A DNA stretch of 64,000 bases from Eledone cirrhosa (lineage: Eukaryota): assembly GCA_964016885.1 (NCBI GenBank), contig OZ024740.1, positions 387,004,001-387,068,000 of the forward strand, read 5' to 3'. Below the pieces are notes generated by a model, which did not search any database, was not told where the DNA came from, and saw nothing but the letters and a program-made list of their open reading frames with translations. A program made the translations under genes and the position numbers. Below, in pieces: positions 42,401 through 54,332 of this stretch (within the stretch, counting starts at the first letter, position 1; every line of letters starts with the position of its first letter).

Positions 42401-43638
42401 ACTCGTAAAACCTATCCTTAAGTTCGTCTGGCAGCCCCGATTGGGGTGCGTAAGCTGATATTATTATGGTAATTGTCTTATTCAGGACTAGTCTAAGTTT
42501 AATGATTCTTGCATTTACCCTGTACACTGAGATTACTTTATCTACCCACTTGTCAGCTAATAGTATACCTACACCACCCATCCCATCGTCATTTCCCACC
42601 CAGAAAAATTTGTAGCACTGGCTTTTTCCTACAAGGATTCTAGCAGACCCTCCTCTCCATCTAGTCTCTTGCACACAGCATACATCAACTTCCTTTCGCT
42701 CTAGCATTTCTACGATTTCTCCTGCTCTTCCTTTCATTGAGCCTACATTGATGGTACCAACTCGGAGTTTTGGGCATTTGTCGACACTCGTAGGCGAGGG
42801 TCTCTGGGTTGGCGCTTCACGTGGGTGCTTGGTAGCTCGCAGATTCATATTTCATCTATTGATTCAGAGTTGCTCGTGTATTCCCAGCTCATCCATCCAT
42901 AACGGTGGGAAAATTGAGGGCTAGAAGAACAGTGGTGGTGGGGTAATGGCAGGGTGTGTTGGGATGCGCCAGAGGAGGAGAGAGTTAGTTAGGCAGGTAG
43001 TAGCAGCAGCAGTGGAAATGGCATGCTAGGTTTGATTGGTCGAATAGACTATGGTGGTGTGTGGGGGTGGGGGGGAGGGAAATTGTGAGGTAGGAACTGA
43101 GGGTCGCATGGTAAATATCCAAGTTAATACTACATCAGTAAAATTAACAATAATAACGTCATGAAAAAAAAACTACTAAGAGAAACCCTAGAAAATTTAT
43201 CGCTAATACAGCAGGGAAAATTTAACGCTAATACAGCAGGGAACATCATAATATTAACGACAATATGTAGGCTAAAATACCTTCGTAGATTAGATGGATG
43301 GCTGGAATAATTGGAGTCAGCTCTAGTGGTACATTTTAGCAGAGAAGAATGGGAAAGTATCTTATCTCTTCAATATTTTCAGATTGAATGAATTAGGTTA
43401 AAGACAGGGTAGTAAGCCTTAAAGAAGTGCATAGAGAGGGGGGGTAGGAACTGAGGGTCGCATGGTAAATAACTGAGAGAGATACAATAGGATTAGAATA
43501 CCGCATGGTAAAATTAACAATAATAACGTCATGAAAAAAACTACTAAGAGAAACCCTAGAAAATTTATCGCTAATACAGCAGGGAACATCATAATATTAA
43601 CGACAATATGTAGGCTAAAATACCTTCGTAGATTAGAT
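39428..43638 (-). mobile_element. Full-length, apparently intact RTE-clade LINE
   Basis: ~790-bp 5' UTR with an internal duplication, single 1039-aa ORF, 3' UTR, (GAT)n tail; TA tracts on both sides. Confidence 0.96.
39729..42848 (-). CDS. RTE ORF: AP endonuclease + reverse transcriptase with embedded PHD-type (C4HC3) finger
   Basis: APE motifs GTINV, VQETRW, SAYAPQ, GDFNGH, LDFIL, SQHSLV; RT motifs QFGF, FVDLEKAFD, GVHQGSVLSP, YADD, FCYLG; uninterrupted 1039 aa. Confidence 0.96.
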   Translation of the reverse strand: MNLRATKHPREAPTQRPSPTSVDKCPKLRVGTINVGSMKGRAGEIVEMLERKEVDVCCVQETRWRGGSARILVGKSQCYKFFWVGNDDGMGGVGILLADKWVDKVISVYRVNARIIKLRLVLNKTITIIISAYAPQSGLPDELKDRFYESLIHTTALTDDKDFLIIAGDFNGHVGKHCDGFNRVHGGHGVGTRNEEGFRLLEFCDANDMSICNTNFKKPDNHLITYRSGEHSSQLDFILIRGRDRWTVVNTKAFPSEECTSQHSLVVSDLTVRTRRALKQRPTWRRKIWKLKVPSTSNRFKDILLNAYDSKEEQIDTFNVEENWEFLKNNLLEATDEVCGWSKTSSRRRVTWWWNNKVDEAVKAKRQAWKEWKNGGSRVHYIETKREARRQVYLARREAEDRKFKHVLQREDQKQEVFKIARQCVRDSCDVIGEKCIRNDKGELALTSAEKKDAWKSHYDRLLNEENAWEEETLPHVDPIEGPAVQVSGSVVSKAIRDMKIGKATGPSGIAAEMLKASGSVGHTITTRIVNQVILEGAIPKDWCSSIIVNCYKGKGDALDRGNYRGIKLMDQVMKVTERVIAQLIRDRVNIDEMQFGFVPGKGTTDALFLVRQLQEKYLAKSKPLYLAFVDLEKAFDRVPRAVIWWALRKLGVDEWLVKAVQAMYRGAVSKVRIGNEYSEEFSVQVGVHQGSVLSPLLFIIVLQAITEEFKTGCPWELLYADDLALIAESMVELGNKFQTWKQGLERKGLKVNMTKTKVLVSKRENRTQIPSGKWPCSVCRKGVGRNSILCPKCKQWVHKRCSGISGSLIKNVGFTCSSCAETASKQPQETSTTNLWEGPVETVDSFCYLGDGISNGGGCSESTITRVRTGWKKFRELLPLLAAKGFSLRMKGRLYDACIRTAMLHGSETWALKVEDLRRLERNEACMLRWMCNSNIRERQSIKELRERLSIRGIKCCVQERRLRWYGHVMRMKDDSCIKRCRALEVDGNRGVGRPKMTWDEVINADLTQLHLSKSMTHDRDFWRHAVIQGTRPPMGTC

Positions 43639-43678
43639 ATATATACATATACATATACATATATATACATATACATAC

Positions 43679-43709
<31 letters not shown>

Positions 43710-44816
43710 CATATACATACATATATATACATATACATACATATATATACATATACATATACATACATATACATATACATACATATATATACATATACAT
43801 ACATATATATCTATATACATATATATACATATACATATACATATATATACATATACATATATATACATATACATATATATACATATACATATATATACAT
43901 ATACATATATATACATATATATACATATACATATACATATACATATATATACATATACATATACATATATATACATATACATATATATACATATACATAT
44001 ACATATATATATACATATATATACATATATATATACATATATATACATATACATATATATACATATATACATATATATATACATATATATACATATATAT
44101 ATACATATATATACATATACATATATATACATATATACATATATATATACATATATATACATATATATATACATATATATACATATATATCTATATATAC
44201 ATATATATCTATATATACATATATATCTATATATATATACATATATATACATATATATCTATATATATATACATATATATCTATATATATATACATATAT
44301 ATACATATATATCTATATATATATATACATATATATACATATATATCTATATATATATATACATATATATACATATATATACATATATATCTATATATAT
44401 ATATACATATATATACATATATATCTATATCTATATATATATATACATATATATATACATATATATCTATATATACATATACATACATATACATATATAT
44501 CTATATATATATATACATATATATACATATATATCTATATATATATATACATATATATACATATATATCTATATACATATATATACATATATATCTATAT
44601 ATATATATACATATATATCTATATATATATATACATATATATCTATATCTATATATATATATACATATATATCTATATCTATATATACATATACATATCT
44701 ATATCTATATATACATATATATCTATATCTATATATATATATACATATATATCTATATCTATATATATATATACATATCTATATCTATATATATATATAC
44801 ATATCTATATATATAT
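43639..44816. repeat. (TA/CA/TC)n microsatellite
   Basis: Direct inspection. Confidence 0.97.
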
Positions 44817-45001
44817 AACAACAACAACAAGACTAATAACGGTGACAACAACAACAATGATAACAACAACACCACCAACGACAACAACAACAACACAAAC
44901 AAAATTTCTCCTTCGCCGAGACGACAAGGAAAACCCTCGACTATCTGCCAGTAGATATAACAAAAGCGAAGGAGCTACTGGCGGATGCGAAAAAATATAT
45001 A

Positions 45002-46366
45002 GTGTACGGGGAAAATGGTTCATTCACAATCCATTCCCCCCCGGAACTAAAAAGCCAGAGACTCCTAAACACGGTCGTGTTTAGGACAATCTCGAACAAA
45101 AGTAAAAAACCAGCTCAACCATCACAGAGCGAGATAGAGCTGGTTTTAAAAGATGTCATGAAGGACATCACCTTCATTCAGAAGGATAGACTCTACGGGA
45201 GTCTATCCATTCTCATGAAGGACAGGGACACAGCAGTGAAACTGTCCATCAAACCAATCACATCCACCGCATACACCTTCTACCCTACGTACATGGGTAG
45301 AAGAACACAAAAAATAAAAATCCACACCATCCTGCCGATTATGGACATATGGTGGGTTTTGACAGGTTTTCTGGACCTGGAGGATGACATGCTGGTGTCC
45401 ATGGGAAAGGCATCGGGTGACGCGTTCAGTGGAACGAGCCTCGAACTTGTAGTTCAAATGAGGCCCGAAAGGATCGCCCAGATCCCTGAACGCGTCATAC
45501 TGGATGATCTAACCTTCATCAACATTACCGTTGAGGGTAGACGGCCCTCGTGTTACCTCTGCGGAACCAGAGGTCACCTGAGGGCTGTCTGTCCCCAACT
45601 TAAGAAAACCCCAATCCTGCCTACACCACCAACAACTGCACAACCAACACAATCACCACAACTACCACTACAAAAACAACCACCACAGCTCAAACCAAAA
45701 CAAAACAATGTCCAACCCATCCCCTCCACTCAAAAAACAAAAACAATTTCCAAAACACCCGTACCGCAAACACAACCCGAAAATATACCCCTCCCTTCCA
45801 ACGCGGAAGATGACCCTAGTTCGTCGTCAGACGAGGAGGAGCACTTCCACACAATCAAAAGAAAAAAAAGAAAACACACCTCAGACACACAAATGAAAAA
45901 AACCCCTCCCCAAAACATAACACTGACACCAACACAAAAGAGCTCACAACAGCAAACAAAAAACACCACACAAAAACAAAAACATGCATACACATACATA
46001 AATACAAGAAACAAAAAACTGTTAAACATTGTGTACAACAACAATCTAATAAAAACACAAGGGCCTAACTTCACCCAGGCAGGGGATTTCCCCCACCTCA
46101 AAATGATTAAGGCCCCACAGGACACCTATAAAACTTTAAAAAACAATTTTAAAGAGGACGTGGGTCCCCCCTGCGTCGGGCCCATTAACCGCGTCCTCCT
46201 AAAAAACTATCCCACCCCCTCCCCAAACACCCACACAACTCCAAGCTCCCCAACCACACAACACACTGATGCCCCCACACTTCCACAAACCACCACCCCA
46301 CCTAACAACCCATCCCCCACCCTAATGGAAATTGTGCAGCCCGATACCCGGGACGCAGAGAGGTAA
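45002..46366 (+). CDS. Tx1-type ORF1 (gag-like, CCHC zinc knuckle)
   Basis: [14 protein letters not shown] knuckle at ~45551-45592, followed by a P/Q/T/K-rich tail. The frame stays open ~130 nt upstream of the GTG, so the true start is uncertain. Confidence 0.85.
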   Translation: MYGENGSFTIHSPPELKSQRLLNTVVFRTISNKSKKPAQPSQSEIELVLKDVMKDITFIQKDRLYGSLSILMKDRDTAVKLSIKPITSTAYTFYPTYMGRRTQKIKIHTILPIMDIWWVLTGFLDLEDDMLVSMGKASGDAFSGTSLELVVQMRPERIAQIPERVILDDLTFINITVEGRRPSCYLCGTRGHLRAVCPQLKKTPILPTPPTTAQPTQSPQLPLQKQPPQLKPKQNNVQPIPSTQKTKTISKTPVPQTQPENIPLPSNAEDDPSSSSDEEEHFHTIKRKKRKHTSDTQMKKTPPQNITLTPTQKSSQQQTKNTTQKQKHAYTYINTRNKKLLNIVYNNNLIKTQGPNFTQAGDFPHLKMIKAPQDTYKTLKNNFKEDVGPPCVGPINRVLLKNYPTPSPNTHTTPSSPTTQHTDAPTLPQTTTPPNNPSPTLMEIVQPDTRDAER

Positions 46367-46390
46367 GTGCCTTTTCTCTTCACCACCAAC

Positions 46391-49300
46391 ATGGCTATGC
46401 TAAGAGTAGGCTGTTTAAATGCGCGTGGCCTGGGCTCAACTTGGAAGCAAGCAATGCTTCTAAATGACCTCAGGTCACAACGTATAGATGTGATGGTTAT
46501 TTGCGAGGCCCGGATCAGCAACGTGCGACAGCTGGCCCCCACCTTTGATGACTTTGAGATGCACGCATCTCTCTGTCAGCCCGGAGGTGGGGGTGGGGTT
46601 GTCGTTCTGCTGCAAAAACATCTGGGTCTCGCAACACAGATGGTACATTTGGACCCGGAGGGTCGACTAGTGGTTCTGGACCTTGGCAGTGGTAAAGGCG
46701 GAGCGTTTAGGTTGGTAGCCGCCTACGGCCCTTTCGGGTCAATGCGGCCGGACTTCTTCCATCGTCTGGAGACTTTTCTGGGGACGTCCCGCTCCTTGCT
46801 ATTAGCGGGGGACTGGAATGGTATCCTAGATGCACGCTGGGACTACATAGGGGCCTGCCCCGATAGAGAGGGGTGTAATAGCCTCAAAGGGTTAATCGGT
46901 CGATTTGACCTGGCCGATAGATATCGACTAGATTTTCCGACTGCGCCAACCTGGACTTGGGCAAATCGTAGCGGAACATCTAGGTCGTACCTAGATAGGT
47001 TCTTAGTTAGAATTAAGGATAAGGACTTTTTAAGTTGTCCAAAAATGCGCATGGTTGGCTATTCAGACCACAAATTAGTGACCTGCATGGTCAACCTTGA
47101 CAGAACTCATAGACAGGGACCCGGTTACTGGAAGCTCAATTTGTCCTTACCGGCAAGTAAGGCTTACAGGAACCGGATTAGCACTTTAGTTAAGGAGCGG
47201 TTGACGGGCGCCATCGTCAACAGCAGGTGGTGGGGATCTCTCAAAAGAGAGATTAGAGTAGTCTCTATAGAATTTAGTAAGGAGTTAGCCTCCAATAGAA
47301 ATAGGAAGGAAAGGGAGTTGGTAGATAGTGTAGAAGAGGCAATTAGAAGCGGCGACGTGGCCAGAGTGCTAGCGTCGAGAACGGCCCTGGGCCAGTTCTT
47401 CGATGCGAAACACGAAGGCTGCATCGTCCGAAGCAAAATACGTGCTCTGGGAAACGAGGGGACCAAAGCTGTTAGCTGGGCCCGCGTGACAGAAGCCAAA
47501 AGAGGGAGCAGATCCACTATCCGGTCTTTGCGAGACCAGGATGGACGGGTGATCCTTGAGCCTAAGCAGATGTGCGAGGCTTTTCAAAAGCACTTTGCAG
47601 AATTGTTCGGAAGGGGCGGGGGGCCGGTTGGGGACGTGGACTTCGGTCCATACCTCGACGGCCTGCCACGTCTCTCGGACAGGGAGGCGAAGTCCTGCGA
47701 GGAGCCGATTTCAGCCGCTGAGATAGAGGACGTGCTGAGCCAATGCGGCAAACGCAAATCCCCGGGTCTCGATGGTCTTCCATACGAACTATATCTAGCT
47801 ATGCCGGACTTGTTCCCCGAACTCCTCGAGGCGGTCTACTGCAACTGGCGACAGAACGGGAGAATTCCCTGTGCTGTGACCAAGGGCGTAGTCACGCTAG
47901 TGAGGAAGGACGAGAACAAGGGGGACGATATAAATAATTTCAGGCCCATAACTCTGCTAAATACAGAGTTACAGATTTTGGCCAAGGTGCTAGCAAAGAG
48001 GTTGGCGCTTGTCGTGGGCAACCTGGTGGGAGATGCGCAGACATGTGCTATCCCGTCCAGGTCCATCCACGATAACCTCCACCTCATGCGATACATCATA
48101 GAGAGGGTTGGGAACGAACCCGGCTTTGGTGGGGCCCTGATCAACTTGGATCAATCTAAGGCATTCGATAGGGTCGACCATGGTTACCTGGATGCGGTGC
48201 TAGCGGCGGCAGGCTTCGGACCCGTTTTCAGGGGCTGGATCAATGCCATGCACAGCAGCCGCATCTGCTCTAGGGTCAAGGTGAACGGCTACCTCTCGGA
48301 GCCGTTCGAAATCGCGCGGTCCATCCGACAGGGGTGCCCTCTCTCCTCCCTTCGGTATGTAGTGACTCTAGAGCCACTGCTGCGGAAGTTGGAGTTGTTG
48401 CAGGGCATCCCGTTGGAACCGGGATTGCGGAAAGCGGTGTCAGCCTATGCCGATGACGTAACAGTAATCGGGGCGATCGGCACCTTACTGGAGGAGTACG
48501 AAAGGTTTACAGGGGCTAAGCTGAACCGGGACAAGTCGATCGGTCTGCAACTCGGCACGTGGAGGGGCAGATCGATGCCCTCCCATGGCGTCGTCGGGCG
48601 CTGGACGGAGGGCCCGGTGAAGTTGCTCGGGGTCTGGTTCGGACCAGACCTCCAGGTGGAGAAGAACTGGGGTGAGGTGACGAGCAGGGTGTTTGCACTG
48701 ACCCAGAAGTGGGCCGAGTGCAAACTGTCCCTGAAAGGTCGGGCGGAGGTGGCGAACACTTATATAGCGTCCGTCATCTACTACCGCCTGACCGTTGTGC
48801 CTTGCCCAAGGGAAACGCTCGCCAAAATGGAGCGCGCACTCTTCCAATTCCTTTGGAAGAAGCGGGCTCCTATGGTGAGGAGATCCATCTGCTGTCAACA
48901 CCCTTCGAAAGGAGGGCTGGGGATGCCGTGGCTGATGATACGTAAACACGCATTAAGGCTACGGCACATTCAGGTATTCCTCTCCGGTCAAACTGTGTGG
49001 GCCCCGTTTGTGAGGCGAGCCTTTCCCAGACTCGTCTCACTCACCGAGCTGCAATCCTGGGTCAAGCAAAGACCGAGAAAACTGGGCGCCTGGCACACCG
49101 AGTGTGCCCAGGCGCTCACGGCTCTCTGGCAGGCGGACCCGGCTGTCAGTGGAGAATCCACCTCGTCATTCTATAGAGGGCTGGTGGTTAGCAGGTGCGA
49201 CGACGCCCTCGGAGAAGCCCTAGGCATGGAGGAAGACGAACTGGCCAACATGTTCGGTAGGACATTCAGCCCGGGACCCATGGATAACTTCCAGAGGTCC

Positions 49301-49807
49301 CTGGCCTGGCAATGCTACAGAAGGGCTCTGCCCGTTCGAGAAAGGCTCTACAGACATGGGCGCCCGGGTAGGGACCCATCGAAAAAAGTCTGTCCCAGAT
49401 GCGTGTGCGACGAGGAAACCGTTACACACGCATTGGTACACTGCTCGGGCATTGCCGATCTGTGGGGCTATGTCGAACAACTGCTGTCAAGGGTGGGACC
49501 GATCCGGTTGACAACCGAGTCTATTGTAACGATCAAGCCGCCTCCCCTCTTCAAAAACGAAGGAGAGGCGGTGTTTCTGTGCGTAATAGCCATGGCGAAA
49601 GAGGTTGTATGGTGGACGCGTCTGAAAGGACTGAGGTCAGACACCTTTCTCTCTGGCCAACAACTGGTCTGTTTCTTCCGATATCATTTCGGAAGAAGGA
49701 TCAGGATGGAGAGAGAGGTGCTGCACCCCAGCCGTTTCTATGAAAGATGGGTGAAAGTGGCGAGAATGGCCCGTGTGAATGGGCCTTCACTCTACATCAG
49801 ACTATAG
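46391..49807 (+). CDS. Tx1-type ORF2: AP endonuclease + RT + C-terminal CCHC
   Basis: LNARGL, GDWN, YLDRF, SDH, GPGYWKLN, KSPGLDGLP, FRPITLLN, DQSKAFDRVDH, RQGCPLS, YADD, CPRC...ETVTHALVHC; first ATG at 46391. Confidence 0.93.
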   Translation: MAMLRVGCLNARGLGSTWKQAMLLNDLRSQRIDVMVICEARISNVRQLAPTFDDFEMHASLCQPGGGGGVVVLLQKHLGLATQMVHLDPEGRLVVLDLGSGKGGAFRLVAAYGPFGSMRPDFFHRLETFLGTSRSLLLAGDWNGILDARWDYIGACPDREGCNSLKGLIGRFDLADRYRLDFPTAPTWTWANRSGTSRSYLDRFLVRIKDKDFLSCPKMRMVGYSDHKLVTCMVNLDRTHRQGPGYWKLNLSLPASKAYRNRISTLVKERLTGAIVNSRWWGSLKREIRVVSIEFSKELASNRNRKERELVDSVEEAIRSGDVARVLASRTALGQFFDAKHEGCIVRSKIRALGNEGTKAVSWARVTEAKRGSRSTIRSLRDQDGRVILEPKQMCEAFQKHFAELFGRGGGPVGDVDFGPYLDGLPRLSDREAKSCEEPISAAEIEDVLSQCGKRKSPGLDGLPYELYLAMPDLFPELLEAVYCNWRQNGRIPCAVTKGVVTLVRKDENKGDDINNFRPITLLNTELQILAKVLAKRLALVVGNLVGDAQTCAIPSRSIHDNLHLMRYIIERVGNEPGFGGALINLDQSKAFDRVDHGYLDAVLAAAGFGPVFRGWINAMHSSRICSRVKVNGYLSEPFEIARSIRQGCPLSSLRYVVTLEPLLRKLELLQGIPLEPGLRKAVSAYADDVTVIGAIGTLLEEYERFTGAKLNRDKSIGLQLGTWRGRSMPSHGVVGRWTEGPVKLLGVWFGPDLQVEKNWGEVTSRVFALTQKWAECKLSLKGRAEVANTYIASVIYYRLTVVPCPRETLAKMERALFQFLWKKRAPMVRRSICCQHPSKGGLGMPWLMIRKHALRLRHIQVFLSGQTVWAPFVRRAFPRLVSLTELQSWVKQRPRKLGAWHTECAQALTALWQADPAVSGESTSSFYRGLVVSRCDDALGEALGMEEDELANMFGRTFSPGPMDNFQRSLAWQCYRRALPVRERLYRHGRPGRDPSKKVCPRCVCDEETVTHALVHCSGIADLWGYVEQLLSRVGPIRLTTESIVTIKPPPLFKNEGEAVFLCVIAMAKEVVWWTRLKGLRSDTFLSGQQLVCFFRYHFGRRIRMEREVLHPSRFYERWVKVARMARVNGPSLYIRL

Positions 49808-50070
49808 GTGAGGAAGATGAAAGACCAAGGGAGTACCCCTTCTCTGTGCTCCTGAGGAGAAGGGTTGCACACTTTTTTCGGGGGTGTGTGCGACCCCCCA
49901 AGGCGCCTCCTCTCTATTGAGGACTTTGTTATAAATTTTATTTTTTGTTATATTTTATTTTATTTTTATATATTGTTATTGCCTCCTCCTTATTGAGGAC
50001 GCCTTGTTTTGTAAACTCCCCCCATTGTACTTGTCCCACTTTTGATGCCCTGGTGGCAAATAAAAGAAAC

Positions 50071-53000
50071 ATATATATATACATATATATACATATACAC
50101 ATATCTATATATATATACATATACACATATCTATATATATATACATATACACATATCTATATATATATACATATACACATATCTATATATATATACATAT
50201 ATACATATCTATATATATATACATATATACATATCTATATATATATACATATATACATATCTATATATATATACATATATCTATATATATATACATATAT
50301 ACATATCTATATATATATACATATATACATATCTATATATATATACATATATACATATCTATATATATATACATATATACATATATACATATATATACAT
50401 ATATATACATATATACATATCTATATACATATACATATATACATATCTATATACATATACATATATACATATCTATATACATATACATATATACATATCT
50501 ATATACATATACATATATACATATCTATATACATATACATATATACATATCTATATACATATATACATATCTATATACATATACATATATACATATCTAT
50601 ATACATATACATATATACATATCTATATATATACACATATCTACATATGTATATATATGTAGATATGTAGATATATATACATATCTACATATCTACATAT
50701 CTATACATATCTATACATATCTATACATATCTATACATATATACATATCTATATATATATACATATATATACATATCTATATCTATATACATATATACAT
50801 ATCTATATATATATATACATATATATACATATCTATATATATATATACATATATACATATCTATATATATATATACATATATACATATCTATATATATAT
50901 ATACATATATACATATCTATATATATATATACATATATACATATCTATATATATATATACATATATACATATCTATATATATATATACATATATACATAT
51001 CTATATATATATATACATATATACATATCTATATATATATATACATATATACATATCTATATATATATATACATATATACATATCTATATATATATATAC
51101 ATATATACATATCTATATACATATATACATATCTATATATACATATATACATATCTATATATATATATACATATATACATATCTATATATATATACATAT
51201 ATACATATCTATATATATATATACATATATACATATCTATATATATATATACATATATACATATCTATATATATATATACATATATACATATCTATATAT
51301 ATATATACATATATACATATCTATATATATATATATACATATATACATATCTATATATATATATATACATATCTATATATATATATATATATACATATCT
51401 ATATATATATACATATCTATATATATATACATATCTATATATATATATATATATATACATATCTATATATATATATATATATATACATATCTATATATAT
51501 ATATATATATATACATATCTATATATATATATATATATATACATATCTCTATATATATATATATATATACATATCTATATATATATATATATATATACAT
51601 ATCTATATATATATATATATATATACATATCTATATATATATATATATATATACATATCTATATATATATATATATATATACACATATCTATATATATAT
51701 ATATATATATACATATCTATATATATATATATATATATACATATCTATATATATATATACATATCTATATATACATATATATATATACATATCTATATAT
51801 ATATATATACATATATACATATCTATATATACATAAATACATATATACATATCTATATATACATATATACATATATACATATCTATATATACATAAATAC
51901 ATATATACATATCTATATATACATATATACATATCTATATATATATACATATCTATATATATATATACATATATACATATCTATATATATATATATACAT
52001 ATATACATATCTATATACATATATACATATCTATATATATATATATACATATATACATATCTATATATACATATATACATATCTATATATACATATATAC
52101 ATATCTATATATACATATATACATATCTATATATACATATATACATATCTATATATACATATATACATATCTATATATACATATATACATATCTATATAT
52201 ACATATATACATATCTATATATACATATATACATATCTATATATATACATATACATATCTATATATACATATATACATATCTATATATATATACATATAC
52301 ATATCTATATATACATATATACATATCTATATATATATACATATACATATCTATATATATACATATATACATATCTATACATATATACATATCTATACAT
52401 ATATACATATCTATATATATACATATCTATATATATATATACATATATACATATCTATATACATATATACATATCTATATACATATATACATATCTATAT
52501 ATATATATACATATATACATATCTATATATATATACATATATACATATCTATATATATATATACATATATACATATCTATATATATATATACATATATAC
52601 ATATCTATATATATATATACATATATACATATCTATATATATATATACATATATACATATCTATATATATATATACATATCTATATATATATATACATAT
52701 ATACATATCTATATATATATATACATATATACATATCTATATATATATATACATATATACATATCTATATATATATATACATATCTATATATATATATAC
52801 ATATATACATATCTATATATATATATACATATATACATATCTATATATATATATACATATATACATATCTATATATATATATATACATATATACATATAC
52901 ATATATACATATCTATATATATATATATACATATATACATATCTATATATATATATATACATATATACATATCTATATATATATATATACATATATACAT

Positions 53001-54332
53001 ATCTATATATATATATATACATATATACATATCTATATATATATATATACATATATACATATCTATATATATATATATACATATATACATATCTATATAT
53101 ATATATATACATATATACATATCTATATATATATATATACATATATACATATCTATATATATATATACATATATACATATCTATATATATATATACATAT
53201 ATACATATCTATATATATATATACATATATACATATCTATATATATATATACATATATACATATCTATATATCTATATACATATCTATATATCTATATAC
53301 ATATATACATATCTATATATATATATACATATATACATATCTATATACATATATACATATATACATATCTATATACATATATACATATCTATATACATAT
53401 ATACATATCTATATACATATATACATATATACATACATATATACATATCTATATAATATATACATATCTATATACATATATACATATATACATATCTATA
53501 TACATATATACATATCTATATACATATATACATATATACATATCTATATACATATATACATATCTATATATATATATATATACATATATACATATCTATA
53601 TATATATACATATATACATATCTATATATATATATACATATATACATATCTATATATATATACACATATATACATATCTATATATATATACACATATATA
53701 CATATCTATATATATATACACATATATACATATCTATATATATATACATATATACATATCTATATATATATATACATATCTATATATATATATACATATC
53801 TATACATATCTATATATATATATACATATCTATACATATATACATATCTATACATATATACATATCTATATATATATACATATATACATATCTATATACA
53901 TATATACATATCTATATATATATATACATATATACATATATACATATCTATATATATATACATATATACATATCTATATATATATACATATATACATATC
54001 TATATATATATACATATATACATATCTATATACATATATACATATACATATCTATATACATATATACATATCTATATACATATATACATATCTATATACA
54101 TATATACATATCTATATACATATATACATATCTATATACATATATACATATCTATATACATATATACATATCTATATACATATATACATATCTATATATA
54201 TATATATACATATCTATATATATATATACATATCTATATATATATATACATATCTATATATATATATACACATATCTATATATATATATACATATCTATA
54301 TATATATACATATATATATACATATCTATATA
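50071..54332. repeat. (TA/CA/TC)n microsatellite, ~4.3 kb, units such as ACATATCT(AT)n
   Basis: Direct inspection. Confidence 0.97.

Larger units (their letters stand above)
44817..50070 (+). mobile_element. Full-length L1/Tx1-clade LINE inserted in a (TA)n tract
   Basis: (ACA)n-rich 5' end, two ORFs, 3' UTR ending AATAAAAGAAAC (AATAAA at 50059-50064); TCTA-containing TA tracts on both sides. Confidence 0.93.
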
